DNA of 64,000 nt from Octopus vulgaris (lineage: Eukaryota). The stretch lies in NCBI GenBank assembly GCA_951406725.2, contig OX597815.1, positions 212,412,001 through 212,476,000 of the forward strand, read 5' to 3'. The translations under genes were made by a program, and so were the position numbers. The notes under the pieces were generated by a model. It was not told where the DNA came from. It saw nothing but the letters and a program-made list of their open reading frames with translations, and ran no database searches. Shown piece by piece: positions 1 to 14,372 of the stretch (position 1 is its first letter; every line of letters begins with the position of its first letter).

Positions 1-282
1 GAGCAATCACAAGTAGCAAGCTATGGTGCTGGAGAAGACAAATCAAGCTCTTGCTAGCTTGATGATAAGGAGTGATGATAAGGAGGGTGATGGTAGTGAT
101 GTATTCGTATGTTAATATTTTAGATATCTTCACAAAAAGCAAGACATGGTCCCTCCACCATACCCAGGAGATCAATAACAACTGACCCAAATAAGAACTG
201 ACCCAAATAAAAACTGACAAATTTTGACAACTCATCCAACACATGCCAGCATGAAAAGGAAATGCAAAATGATACCTTGTTT

Positions 283-338
<56 letters not shown>

Positions 339-492
339 GTGTGTATGTGTCTGTCTCTCAACCATCGCTTGACAACTGAGGTTGGTGCGTCTACGGTCTG
401 TAACTTAGTGGTTTGGCAAAAGAGACCGATAGAATAAGTACTAGGCTTATAAAGAATAAATCCTGGAGTCGATTTTTTTTCAACTAAAAACC

Positions 493-535
<43 letters not shown>

Positions 536-1667
536 ATTGGCTAAACTGGCAAAATGACCATTCCGAAATATAACAATATACATACATATATATACACACA
601 AACACACACAATGGGCTTCTTTCAGTTTCTGTCTACCAAATCCACTCACAAGGATTTGGTCAGCCTGAGGCTACAGTAGAAGACATTTGCCGAAGGTGCC
701 ACACAGACTGAACCCATAACCTTGTAGTTGGGACGCAAGCTTCTTACCACACAGCCACGCCTGTGCCTAGTATATAAATGTATTTTGTGTATGTACATAT
801 GTAAAAGTGTATGTATACGCAATGGCATACATTTACATAGAGACGGTATCAAGAAAATAATGCAAGTGAAATATAAATAATAGCTATAAAAAAAAACACC
901 AACAGAAATATAGCATTGACAAATTCTCAATGGATTGCAATCAAACATTGATGTGATTGGTGCTTAGTGTCTCAGCAGAACATTGAAAAACCAATATGTG
1001 AAAAATTGAATTTTGTACAAAAGACTCAAAGATAAAACCCATTTAAGCATAGTTGTTTTAAAAAGCTCATCATATTCATGAGAAATGTCTGTTCTCATCA
1101 AGCATTTTGATGGCTTAAGACAGAGAAAAATACAGAATTAAGACACATCAGAGAGGCTACTAAAAATAAGAGCTAATACAGGAATAATGAACAAAGAAAG
1201 CCATTTATTCACAGGAGAGAAACTGACTGATTCAGAATGATGGTAAGTGAACTATGAATAAAAAATGAATACAAAAATCAATGAACTACATAATTACAAA
1301 GATTTCGATTAATAGTGCCGACAAGGTAATGTGTTTGATAAATGAGAAGGCGCTTTTAGCTCAAAGAGGTTATATAATACTCAAATGTTACACATTTTTC
1401 GTGTAGCTAACATTCTGCAAACATTTGAACTTGGAAAATATTCCAGTTGGTTTCTGCCTCCACCCTGACCCTCCCAAGTTGAAACTGAATCTAATATTGC
1501 AGAATTTGATGGAATTCATCAGAAAACAGTGATTTTCTTAATAAAAATGCCTCAAATTTGGCAAAGTTACTATATAGATTATATAAAGGGTTTTCAGTGG
1601 TTGCGACATCAAGGAGATGTGATTGTTACATTTGCTTTAAAATCAGTGTTTAAATGTGTATATGTGG

Positions 1668-1706
<39 letters not shown>

Positions 1707-2080
1707 TAGAAAGACAGACAGTTGGAGGGGGGATGAAGGGAGAAATGGAAGAGGTAAAATCTACAATCTGAAGAAACTGGCATCAGCAACAATGCCAACA
1801 ATAAATCCAAGACTGTGTTGCATATATCAATTAGGATGGTGGACATGAAAAGCAGATGCAGACACACACTGAGTGCTCCCACCTTTAACACAATGGAATA
1901 TCATGGATGTGACAGCTGGGGGGGGGCAGCCCCCCCCCCGGGGCTGCGACTCACTTTCAGCTCAGTCAACTGTAGCAGCGTGAAATGCTTTGTCTTGAGT
2001 AAGGGGACACCATACACCAGCCAGTGCAGGAATCGAACCTATGACCCTTAGGACCATGGGACTAGCATCCTACTCACAAC

Positions 2081-2296
2081 TCTCTTTACTCTTTTACTTG
2101 TTTCAGTCATTTGACTGTGGCCATGCTGGAGCAGCACCTTTAGTCGAGCAAATCGACCCCAGGACTTATTCTTTGTAAGCCTAGTACTTATTCTATCGGT
2201 CTCTTTTGTCGATCCGCTAAGTTACAGGTACGCAAACATACCAGCATCAGTTGTCAAGCGATGTTAGTGGGGACAAACACAGACACACAAACATAT

Positions 2297-2348
<52 letters not shown>

Positions 2349-2511
2349 GATGGGCTTCTTTCAGTTTCTGTCTACCAAATCCACTCACAAGGCTTTAGTC
2401 GGCCCAAGGCTATAGTAGAAGACACTTGCCCAAGGTGTCATGCAGTGGGACTGAACTGAGAACCATGTGGTTCATAAGCAAGTGACTTACCACACAGCCA
2501 CTCCTACGCCT
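2081..2511 (-). mobile_element. tRNA-derived SINE family A (~430 bp, internal CA/TA microsatellite)
   Basis: Head AGGCGxAGGAGTGGCTGTGTGG..GGTTCAGTCCC (A/B boxes) and tail (GTAAAAGA)n. More than 10 near-identical copies in the window. Confidence 0.9.
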
Positions 2512-2720
2512 ACCAGGTCAAGTACTTTTGCACTGACACTTTAGCATCCACAAAAACCCTGTTTAATGTAATGATTATTTATTCACTTTCTTTCAAATAA
2601 ATCGTGTGGCTTTGATATTTCAATGTTGTGATTGATTAATATAAAAATGACAATGAAAGGTAGACATGAAAGGCTGGATCTGGCTGGTTGGAACTTAGAA
2701 CAGAACATTTGGGTCAGATA

Positions 2721-3082
2721 TTTACTCTTTTACTTGCTTCAGTCATTTGACTGCGGCCATGCTGGAGCACCGCCTTTAATCGAGCAAATCGACCCTGGGA
2801 CTTATTCTTTTGTAAGCCCAGTACTTATTCTATCGGTCTCTTTTGCCGAACCGCTAAGTAACGGGGACATAAGCACACCAGCATCGGTTGTCAAGCGATG
2901 TTGGGGGGACAAACACACACACATATATATATACATATATACGACAGGCTTCTTTTAGTTTCCATCTACCAAACCCACTCACAAGGCTTTGGTCAGCCTG
3001 AGGCTATAGTAGAAGACACTTGCCCAAGGTGCCACGCAGTGGGACTGAACCCGGGACCATGTGGTTGGTAAACAAGCTACTT
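2721..3082 (-). mobile_element. SINE family A, head slightly truncated
   Basis: Homology to other copies. Confidence 0.9.
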
Positions 3083-3589
3083 GGTCAGTTTAAATGACAA
3101 ACGGTTAATATGAGAGGCTTGGAACAGCTTGTTGACACAGGAGAGGCAGTCTTGGACAGGCAGGTATTGAAATAGATCAAATAGAGTATAAATAGGCTTA
3201 CATAGCAGTTTTGCCACTAGTTCAGAGGTGTATTTATCATAAATTTCAGAGCCAAAACTTAAATATGAGAACCTAGTTCCTAGGAACGAAATAATTTCCA
3301 CAAAATTTCCTTTTGGCAAGCATGGCAAATAGGAAATTTTACTTAACATATTGTACAGTGGCCAAAAAATATTGATCTCACATCATTGCAGAAATCTTAA
3401 TGCATTCCATAAAAATCAATATGCATCACACAGTATTTACCGCTTCATCTAATCTGAAGACTACTTAAAAATTTTCACAATTCAAATATTAATATATTTT
3501 CCCCAAAACAAGATCAAAATCAATAGCTAAATGACATAGCAGAAGTAATAATAATTACACAATAAGAAACCGAACAAAACATTTAATAT

Positions 3590-3646
<57 letters not shown>

Positions 3647-5330
3647 CTTGGTAGCACAATAATAAATCAAAATTAATATGTAGAAGTTTAAAGGAACCTC
3701 TAACATTTTTACAAAATGTTTTTGGCTTGGGGACAAAAAATTTGTGGCGGTTAGAATATGAAATTTCACACAATCAACAGCTACAAGTAAAAAGGATAAA
3801 GTATAACAGCTGATGGCACTACAACAAAGGGTTCTATAAAATTATTCACATTAACTTCCTTGTTTCATCATATTCTAACCTTTTATTTATCGCTTTATTT
3901 CGTATGTTTATTATTAGCATAATAACTCTCCCGAGACACAACAAAATATGTTTCAACACACAAGTTCACATCAAGAATCTTCCAATACAAAAACAATTTT
4001 TTACCCTCTCTTACTGGTTTTAGTCATTAGACAACAACCATGTTAGGGGACAAACTTTTAGAGTATATTACTACAATTAGTTTAGCATCAAAAAATTAAT
4101 GAAAATACTTATTTCTTAATACTGAAGCTGTTTATCCTTAGATAAGCACTGATCAAGCAAATCTACGATCAAAGTTTTTCATCCATGAGCATCCAGTCCT
4201 TTCCTTTCAAAGATTACTCAATGTACCCCTATATTATTCTTTTTATGGAAAAATTACATGTGATACAAGGGAGATTTGGCTATTATTTCTAAGAGGTCAA
4301 GCATCCCACAAAGGCATGGTTCTCACATCAACTCGTTAATAAGTTATCATAAGAATAAATTGGTTTATAACAAAAATTTAAAGGACGTAAATATTCGTAA
4401 CAGAACAAATATAGATTTTTTTTTAAATTTAACAGAACGCAAGAATAAGGGACGTATTACCTAAAAGTTAATGGGTTCTTTTAGAAAATGGATGAAATAA
4501 CGTACGCTAAAGCAAACTTGAGACAAAAGGTAAAAAGCTGGAATAGTTTTGTTGTTTTATTAATGTCCTCTTCTTCGTGCTTTCATAGGGCAGACAGAAT
4601 TCAGTTGGGCAGATTTTCTATGGCCAGATGCCCTTTCGGTCACCAACATTCACCTGTTTCCAAGCAAGATAATATTTCCCCATGCCCAGACATGTTTGTC
4701 ACAGAAGAATGGAATGAAACAACACTGCTTGTATGAGGTTTACAATCATCATGATGTCAAGACAACAACACACACACACACACACACGATGACAGGTTTC
4801 CATTTTCTGTCTACCACAGCCATTCACAAACCTTTGGCCAGCCCAAGATTATGAAAAATATTTGCCCAAGATGCCTTGCAGTAGGACTGAATCCAAAACC
4901 ACATGGTTGGGAAGCAAGCTTCTCAACTCCGTACCCAAATAGATCAAAAGCTATTATTAAAGACAATTAGAAGAAAAACTGGTAAAATTCTATGAAAAAA
5001 ACCTATGTAAACAATAACATTGTAATGAAAGTTTATCAAAATTGTAGCAAGATTTGTGTGTTAAAAGACACATGTACACTTCTGTATGTGTAAGGATGCT
5101 TATTCAAAGATAAGCCTGAAAAATATATCAAGTGTATAAAAATAGAGAAAGCACCCAGTACACTCTGTAAAGCTGTAAAGTGGTTGGTGCTAGGAAGGGC
5201 AGCCAGGAATAGAAACCTAACCGAAACAGACTACAGAACTTGGTGCAGCCCCAGGCCTTACCAGTTCCTGTCAAGCCATCCAATCCATGCCAGCATGGAA
5301 CACAGATATTAAATGTTGATGAATGATGAC

Positions 5331-5736
5331 TCTCTTTACTCTTTTACTTGTTTCAGTCATTTGACTGCGGCCATGCTGGAGCACCACCTTTAGTCAAGCA
5401 AATCGACCCCGGGACTTATTCTTTGTAAGCCCAGTACTTATTCTATCAGTCTCTTTTGCCGAACCGCTAAGTGACGGAGACATAAACACACCAGCATCGG
5501 TTGTCAAGCAATGCTAGGGGGACAAACAAAGACACACAAACACACACACATACATATATATATACATATATACGACGGGCTTCTTTCAGTTTCCGTCTAC
5601 CAAATCCACTCACAAGGCATTGGTCGGCCCGGGGCTATAGCAGAAGACACTTGCCCAAGATGCCACACAGTGGGACTGAACCCGGAACCATGTAGTTGGT
5701 TAGCAAGCTACTTACCACACAGCCACTCCTGCGCCT
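5331..5736 (-). mobile_element. SINE family A, full length
   Basis: Homology to other copies. Confidence 0.9.
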
Positions 5737-6037
5737 TTTTTTTTTTTTTTTCTTTTTGACCGGTGAAACCTGAGACAGATAAAGCTATAAATAATTGGAT
5801 GTAAATATTGGATTAAGAAAACTCTCTGGATAGAAAAAGTCAAAGGCAGCCTGCGGGATTCAAACCAATATTTCTTGTAAACATGACAAATGTATCAAGG
5901 CTTGCAGAAGTCATATCCCACAGGCAGCCTTTGTCTTTTTCTGTCCAAAAGATTTTTTTTTAAACCCAATATTTAAATGCTATTATTCATGGTCTTAGTC
6001 TGCTTCAAGTTTCACCGCTCCAAGAACGAATTACATC

Positions 6038-6761
6038 TAAGCGCTTCAATTTGCTGACAGTATTATAAATAGTCTGATACCCAAACAGATAAGAGAAATA
6101 AGGCTTACTGCTTAAGGTAAAAACCAACAATAAATAGAAAAAAGAGAAGCAATATTTAACAATGACCAAACAATAATATTTTGTAATTGTTTATGCAACA
6201 AGTTTTGCTTAATCATACAAAATTCTTATGACACCAACAAAAGAAAAACAACAATTTTTCAGTGACACAGTATAGAAAAATGTATATATAAATAATAATT
6301 TAAGAGCTTCAATTTGCTGACAGCATTATAAATAGTCTGATGGCCAAACAGATAAAAAGAATAATGTTTACTGCATAAGGTAAAACCCAGCAATAAATAG
6401 GAAAAGAAGCAATATTTAATGAGGGCCAAACAATAATATTTTGTAATTGTTTATGATGCAAGTTTCGCTTAATCATACAAAATTCTTATGACACCAACAA
6501 AAGAAAAACTATAATTTTTCAGTGACACAGAATAGAAAAATGTATATCTTTCTCTTTTTGTTCTTTTTACTTGTTTCAGTCATTTCACTGCGGCCATGCT
6601 GGAGCACTGCCTTCAGTCGAGCAAATCGACCCCGGGACTTATTCTTTGTAAGCCCAGTACTTATTCTATCGGTCTCTTTTGCCGAACCGCTAAGTGACAG
6701 GAACGTAAACACACCAGCATCGGTTGTCAAGCAATGCTAGGGGGACAAACACAGACACACA

Positions 6762-6806
<45 letters not shown>

Positions 6807-7165
6807 TACGACAGGCTTCTTTCAGTTTCTGTCAACCAAATCCACTCACAAGGCATTGGTCAGCCCGGGGCTATAGCAGAAGACACTTGCCCAAGATGCC
6901 ACGCAGTGGGACTGAACCCGGAACCATGTGGTTGGTTAGCAAGCTACTTACCACACAGCCACTCCTGCACCTATATAAATAATCATTTAAGAGCTTCAAT
7001 TTGCTGACAGCATTATAAATAGTCTGATAGTCAAACAGATAAGAAGAATAATGTTTACTGCATAAGGTAAAACCCAGCAATAAATAGGAAAAGAAGCAAT
7101 ATTTAATGAGGGCCAAACAATAATATTTTGTAATTGTTTATGATGCAAGTTTCGCTTACTCATAC
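6038..7165. repeat. Tandem array of about 2.7 x 263-bp units
   Basis: Units begin taagMgcttcaatttgctgacag at 6038, 6301 and 6988. Confidence 0.9.
6549..6972 (-). mobile_element. SINE family A inserted in a tandem repeat unit
   Basis: Homology to other copies. Interrupts unit 2 of the 263-bp array. Confidence 0.9.
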
Positions 7166-7359
7166 ATTCTTTGATATATCAGACATTACAGTGACTTTGT
7201 CCTACAAAGATCTTTGGTCTATTCTCTTATGACTAACTGCACAGGTTTTCAATGTTCACTAAACACTATACTGACTTTTCTTGAGGCACAGCAAGACAGT
7301 TTAACTTAACAGTATCTCGGCCTATCAATTCAACTTACATTTTATCTCTATTGCACCAT

Positions 7360-7395
<36 letters not shown>

Positions 7396-8242
7396 AATAA
7401 AGCTTCAGAAAGTAGGCCTTGGTAGTACAAAGAGCAGCACATCAATCTCATGATCCTAGAGTTGGTACATGGAAATTCATTTCAGTAAGTCTATTGTAAA
7501 TATAACCATGTACCCTGCACCTGTCAAGGTCCACCTAACGTACCTGAATCCATTCTTTTCATCATCCCTTCTATGCTTCTGTCAATTTACCAAACCCTAC
7601 ACAAAATATATTTCCCTTCAAACCTTTAACCCCAGAACATCATTACTCAAGAACTCCTTTCCTTAGACACATCAGCCTGGTGAAGTGCAAGTTGAACAAA
7701 AAAAAGGAATCAACTTCATTCAGGCCTGTAATAAACTTATGGACGGTAAATACTTCTTCCTAAACTGAAATGTAGCGCCTTGGGCAAGTGTCTTCAACTA
7801 TGGCCCTGGGGTGAACAGAACCTTGTGAGTGGATTTGAGAGACAGAAACTGGAAGAAACCCATTGTATATATGGGTGTGTGTGTGTGTGTGTATGTCTCT
7901 CGCGTTGTGTTTGTCTCTTACTATCACTTGACAACTGGAGTTGGCTTGTTTACATCCCTTTAAATTAGTGATCTGGAAGAAAAGGCCTGGGTTGATTGGT
8001 TTGACTAAGTCCTTAATCTTTTATCTGTTACCCTTGTTGCAGTCATTAGACTTCAGCCAAGCTGGAGCACTGCCTTGAAGAATTCTTAGTTGAATGAATC
8101 ATCCGTAGTACAGTTTTTTTTTTTTTTTTAAAGCCTGGTACTTCTTCAAATTAGCTAAACTGCTAATTTACACACCAACACCAGTAGTCAAGCAGCAGTG
8201 GAGGGAGACACACACACACACACACACACATATATGTATATA

Positions 8243-8537
8243 TCACGTGATCACGTGACTGACCAGGCTATCAGATGTTGCTACACATCGCTGGTCACAA
8301 TGCGCTTCGCATTGTTTTAGCCTTGAAATGACGCCACCCCGCTGACTAAGTGGGCAGGCCAACAGAAGAAAGAGTGAGAGAAAACTGCGGCGAAAGAGTA
8401 CAGCAGGGATTGCCACCTCCCCCCTGCCAGAGCCTCATTGAGCTTTAGGTGTTTTCGCTCAATAAACACTCACAACGCCCGGTCTGGGAATCGAAACCGC
8501 GAGTCCGCTGCCCTAACCACTGGGCCATTGCGCCTCC
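8243..8537 (-). mobile_element. Different tRNA-derived SINE nested in the microsatellite of an old family A copy
   Basis: Minus-strand head GGAGGCGCAATGGCCCAGTGGTTAGGGCAGCGGACTCGCGGTTTCGATTCCC (A and B boxes). CpG-rich. Tail TCACGTGATCACGTGA. Confidence 0.8.
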
Positions 8538-8579
8538 ACACACACACACACACACATACATAATACATACATACATACA

Positions 8580-8625
<46 letters not shown>

Positions 8626-9596
8626 CAACATGCTTCTTTCAGTCTTTGTCTACAAATTCCACTCAAAAGGTTTTGGTTGGCCTGAGGCTATAGTTGAAGA
8701 CACTTGCCTAAGGTGCCATGCAGTGGGACTGAACCTGAAACCATGTGATTGGGAAGCAAGCTTCTTACCACACAGTCACACCTGCACCTGTGTGTGTGTG
8801 TGTGTGTGTTCTCTCTGTTTTTCTTCCTCTTCAACGAGCATAAGCATGAAATGTAAAAGACTTTTCCATTCTACCCAAGTGTTAAATTAATACACCTGGT
8901 TGTTGTTTCTACACCTGTCTTCGTCTTTTGTTTTCTGTAAATTTGAACTATATATACATATATATAAATATATATATGGTAGGCTTCTGTCAGTCTCAGG
9001 CTACCGAATCCATTCAGAAGGCTTTGATTGGCCCAGAGCTCTAACAGAAGACACTTGCGTTAGGAACTGAATCTGGAAATATGTGGCTGAGAAGCCAACT
9101 TCTTACCCACACAGCCACACCTGCACTCTACACAAGATTATTTCAAGATGCTACACAAAGCAGGATACATTGATAAAGCATGTACAATCTAAGTAGGACC
9201 CCCACACCTAAAATGAGAAACATATACACACAATGCTCTAATAGCAAAAAGGTGGGATCTAATTGAATTTTTCTTCAAAATGCCAGGTACACTGATGTTA
9301 ATTTAATCGTTGTGAAAGATACTGAAACATCCTACATTTGATTATTTCTTGTTATGAACAGCATCTAGTTGTATCCTTCACTGCTTTTTTAAAGTTTAAA
9401 AGTGTCTGCACATACATTCTTTAAATAAGGCTAAAATAAAAGAATGTGGGAGTAGAAGCAGAAAATATACGAGCTTTTAAATTGCTTTGCCTTCTTTCTT
9501 TTGGTTTTTTTTTTTGTTGTTGTTTTTTAAATTAATTAATTCTTCAAAGTTGTCAGAGCAAGTAAAGGTCTGCATAGATGACTTCTGCATATGTAT

Positions 9597-10092
9597 AGGC
9601 GCAGGAGTGGCTGTGTGGTAAGTAGCTTGTTTACCAACCGCATGGTTCCAGGTTTAGTCCCACTAGGAGTGGCTGTGTGGTATGTAGCTTGTTTACCAAC
9701 CACATGCTTCCGGGTTCAGTCCCACTGCGTGGCACCTTGGGCAAGTGTCTTCTACTATAGCCCCGGGCCGACCAAAGCTTTGTGAATGGATTTGGTAGAC
9801 AGAAACTGAAAGAAGCCCATCATATATATGTATGTATATATATATGTGTGTGTGTATGTTTGTGTTTGTCCCCCCAGCATTGCTTGACAACCGATGCTGG
9901 TGTGTTTATGTCCCCGTTACTTAGCGGTTCGGCAAAAGAGACCGATAGAATAAGTACTGGGCTTACAAAAAGAATAAGTCCTGGGCTTACAAAAAGAATA
10001 AGTCCTGGGGTCGAGTTGCACAATTAAAGGCGATGCTCCAGCATGGCCGCAGTCAAATGACTGAAACAAGTAAAAGAGAGTAAAGAGAGAGA
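9597..10092 (+). mobile_element. SINE family A with duplicated head and a duplicated 24-bp tail segment
   Basis: 62-bp repeat 9603-9664/9665-9726. 24-bp repeat 9957-9980/9981-10004. Confidence 0.9.
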
Positions 10093-10434
10093 GTATGTGT
10101 TTGTGTGTGCATGCAAATGAAATTTTGAATGAAGAAACAAAAAGCAAACTGATGAAACTGGGAATACAACATGAATGAATGAATGAATATATTTAGTCCA
10201 GAATGGACTAAGCAGAGCAGGTGGATACACAATGACGGAAAGTGTCACTGAAGAGGTCACAGATGGGTGATGAAAGATTTCCAGGCAATAGACATGAGTT
10301 AAAATAGGAACAGTAATAAACGAGTGAAGAATGAATGAATATATAGTGTGTGTGTTTATTTGAGAAAAAAAATGACCATCCCAAAATATAACAATGTATA
10401 TATATGTATACACACACACATACATATGCATACA

Positions 10435-10645
10435 TACAAGGGAGGTGCTGAAAAGTTTCTGGGTTTGGGTAAAAGAAAATACTGGAGGATTAATTAATTA
10501 TGATTTTATTCAACATATTCCCCTTCTCAGATTCACACACTTATTGCAGTTTTTCTAAGCCCTGTAAAAGAACTCAGAAGGTTGGGCCTCCAGCCAGGCA
10601 TTTTGGGACACTCTTAAAGCCAAGGACTTTTCCACACACCTCGTG
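10435..10645 (-). mobile_element. Mariner-derived MITE
   Basis: ~30-bp TIRs (TACRAGGG.GGTGCTGAAAAGTT..). Homologous to 44859-45081 in the opposite orientation. Confidence 0.75.
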
Positions 10646-10684
10646 TGTGTGTGCATGCATCCGTGTGTATATACACATATATAC

Positions 10685-10693
10685 ACATAAATA

Positions 10694-10737
<44 letters not shown>

Positions 10738-10789
10738 GTAACATAAATATTAATATATATATATATATATATATGAAGTAACATAAATA

Positions 10790-10835
<46 letters not shown>

Positions 10836-10840
10836 GTAAC
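10685..10840. repeat. Minisatellite: 3 x [acataaatatta-(AT)n-gaagta]
   Basis: Visible directly in the sequence. Confidence 0.85.
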
Positions 10841-10882
10841 AGATTGACTCAGGGGCTGAGAGTTCCAAGCATTGGCACTTAC

Positions 10883-10934
10883 CAAACAAGTGCCAACACA
10901 CAAAACTCTCAGACCTTGAGTCACTCTGTCACTT
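10883..10934 (-). CDS. Candidate 52-nt exon ([17 protein letters not shown], phase 2 to 0)
   Basis: Acceptor tttttttattaatatttatcag| and donor |GTAAGT. Only one frame is open. Confidence 0.35.
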
Positions 10935-11040
10935 CTGATAAATATTAATAAAAAAAAAATACATATACTCATATTTTGAGTTCTACTTTTCCTCTTTGCA
11001 TCACCATCACCTATATTACATATATATATATATATATGCA

Positions 11041-11443
<403 letters not shown>

Positions 11444-11940
11444 ATATATGTATATATAGAAGAGACAGAGACAGAGTGTGAATGAAAGTATATTTCACCA
11501 GAAATCTGGTATTGGATATAAGCAGGATCAATAAACACGTAAAGAAGAAACAAAAATAGCTAAGGAAAAATTATTAAAAATACTAAGCAGAAAAAAAACA
11601 AACTCCATATACAATTTTGAACTAAACTAGGCTCACATGGAGCTTCCACCTAAGAAGAGAAGAAGAGAAGGAAATAAGTTCTTAACACATTATTAAGCTT
11701 CTTACAACACAAGCGATTGATGTAATGCACAACGTGTACATATGTTCCTCTTTAAAGAGATAATCCTTGTACAACAAGCTAAAATAAATGTCATTAGTTG
11801 CTTAAATGAATGTGTTCGATAATATGAATTGTGATGATGACGGACTAACGAGGTAAATATAGTAAAAACAAATCAGTAACGTCTAGTGTTGTTTGAAAGG
11901 ATTATTTGCTATTTGTTGGTTTGGTCAAGCTTGGTTTGAA

Positions 11941-12341
11941 TCTCTTTTACTTGTTTCAGTCATTTGACTGCGGCCATGCTGGAGCACCGCCTTTAGTCGA
12001 GCAAATCGACCCCGGGACTTATTCTTTGTAAGCCCAGTACTTATTCTATCGGTCTCTTTTGCCGAACCGCTAAGTGACGGGGACATAAACACACCAGCAT
12101 TGGTTGTCAAGCAATGCTAGGGGGACAAACACAGACACACAAACATATACACACACATACATATATATATATACATATATATGATGGGCTTCTTTCAGTT
12201 TCTGTCTACCAAATCCACTCACAAGGCATTGGTCGGCCCGGGGCTATAGCAGAAGACACTTGCCCAAGATGCCACGCAGTGGGACTGAACCCGGAACCAT
12301 GTGGTTGGTTAGTAAGCTACTTACCACACAGCCACTCCTGC
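11941..12341 (-). mobile_element. SINE family A, full length
   Basis: Homology to other copies. Confidence 0.9.
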
Positions 12342-13701
12342 GAATGTTTATAAACTTTGTAGAGATTGAATATATTATGAAAAGAAAAATGTTTATAATA
12401 CAGGAAATAATCAAAAACATATTCTTATGCTAGAATATTTTCTATCTGAAATAAAACTATTTCTTGTTTTTAATGGAAAGGAATTAAAAATTTCTGCTAC
12501 TGCATTTTTAATGTTTAAGCCCAGATCAGCAACATTCATTGAAAGGACACCAATAACCAAGGGCATTCTACTTGTTACAGACTACATTATTTCTTAAAAA
12601 ATAAAGTGTGTTTTCAAAGATTTTACTACTATTTCTAGCAGGTCAAGCAACCATGTAGATGAACACTTTGTCATTTTTTACATGGTGGCTTGCAGAATAA
12701 TACAAAATGTGCCATATATATATATTTGATTAATATAAAATGATTTGGACATAAAAAAAAAAAAAAACCATGCCTGATATTAATCATGGTAAAGACTGTC
12801 TTAGAAAATCCACTATCCTGTTTTTGAATCAGAACTGAAGTTTGTAAAACCAATATACTTTTCTTTGATTGAAAACTGCAGATGATTTTTTTAAGAGGCA
12901 AATATAAAAACAGTTCACACAAACATACATGGAAAATAAAACACAATTTCACAAAAAAAAAGAAAAAATTATTAGAGTATGACTATGGTAAAATGTGTGT
13001 ATAAAAACATACATACATACATACATAGATACACACACACACACACATATACATACACACTTACCTAAAGGAACCATGTAAGCCAAGATATATGCAAAAT
13101 GTATTTTCCACAACTATTTTAAAATACCATCAGACTGTTTTCAGTCATACAAAATGGATAAATCAATACGTGTAATCATCAGCGTGCGTCTGTGTGTCTG
13201 TGTGTAAGGTGTGTTTATGCATGCAAAGTATGTCACAATGCCAGCATTTTCTTTCTTTTTTGTTTTGTTTTGTTTTTTTGGTGGTGGTGGTCGTGGTGGT
13301 GGTGGGGAGAATTTATTACAAGATGTATATAAAATTCAGGTGAATTTGGATATGATGCAGCGAAGTAGTTGGTGATGATGTATAGATGCAATCAAGTACA
13401 TTTCCAAGACTACAAAAGGAAGCGGCGGCAGCTGTACTACAGCTGATTTACAAGAATAAATGTTCTTCATACCAAAGTTTAGAATATTACATTAAAACGA
13501 AGACCATAGGAAAGGAAAAGGAAAAAAAGAAAAGCAATGAAATGCTAGAAGCAAATAAAAACTGGACAGTTATCAATCAGTATGAAAGCAAATCCAATTG
13601 ATTAGGTTTCTTGTCCATTTGTGTCAGAAGTGCCACAGCTGACAACAGAAAGAAATGGATGGAAAGAGAGAAAGAAATGAATGATCGGAAGATATATTCT
13701 A

Positions 13702-13746
<45 letters not shown>

Positions 13747-13988
13747 TATTGAGATTGAAATTAGACCACAGAGATTTTTGAAAGACTACGAGATAGAGAA
13801 TGTAAGAGTGAAAAAGAAGGTGGAACTAAAAGAGAAAGTAAGTGTGGTGGTGGTGGTGTATGGGGGTTAATTTTCCTCTGTGTGTGTGTGTGTGTGTATG
13901 TGTGTACATACATATATATATAATTTATTATTATTTAAAATAGTTCGATTTGAGCCCCATGCAACTCAAAGTTTCATAGGCTACTTAC

Positions 13989-14044
13989 AGAAACCTTAAC
14001 TCATTGGGCTCAGGTAGCTGAACCTGTCTACCTTGTGTCGACAT
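13989..14044 (-). CDS. Candidate alternative first coding exon MSTQGRQVQLPEPNELRF(L), phase 2
   Basis: ATG directly after a compound microsatellite, 18 codons + 2 nt, donor |GTAAGT. CT-rich and GC-rich sequence upstream (14400-15200) resembles a 5' UTR or promoter. Confidence 0.4.
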
Positions 14045-14046
14045 CT

Positions 14047-14123
14047 CACACACACACATACATACATATATCCACACACACACATATATATATATCCACA
14101 CACACACATATATATATATACAC

Positions 14124-14156
<33 letters not shown>

Positions 14157-14269
14157 TATATACACACATACATATATATATACACACACATACATATATA
14201 TATATATACACACACACATATATATACACACACACATACATATATATACACACACACACATATATATAT

Positions 14270-14350
<81 letters not shown>

Positions 14351-14372
14351 TATATATATACACACACACATA
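14047..14372. repeat. Compound (CA)n/(TA)n microsatellite
   Basis: Visible directly in the sequence. Confidence 0.95.

Noticed and set aside
1214-1242. Plus-strand AG..GT segment encoding GEKLTDSE (calmodulin-like look)
   Set aside because: Stops in all three frames and no partner exons.
5501-5759. Recurrent ORFs such as MLGGQTQTHKH...AEDTCPRCHAVGLNPEPCGW seen at many loci
   Set aside because: Translations of SINE family A, not a gene family.
8480-8537. tRNA gene-like sequence (also the heads of other SINEs)
   Set aside because: No complete cloverleaf. Continuous with a SINE body.
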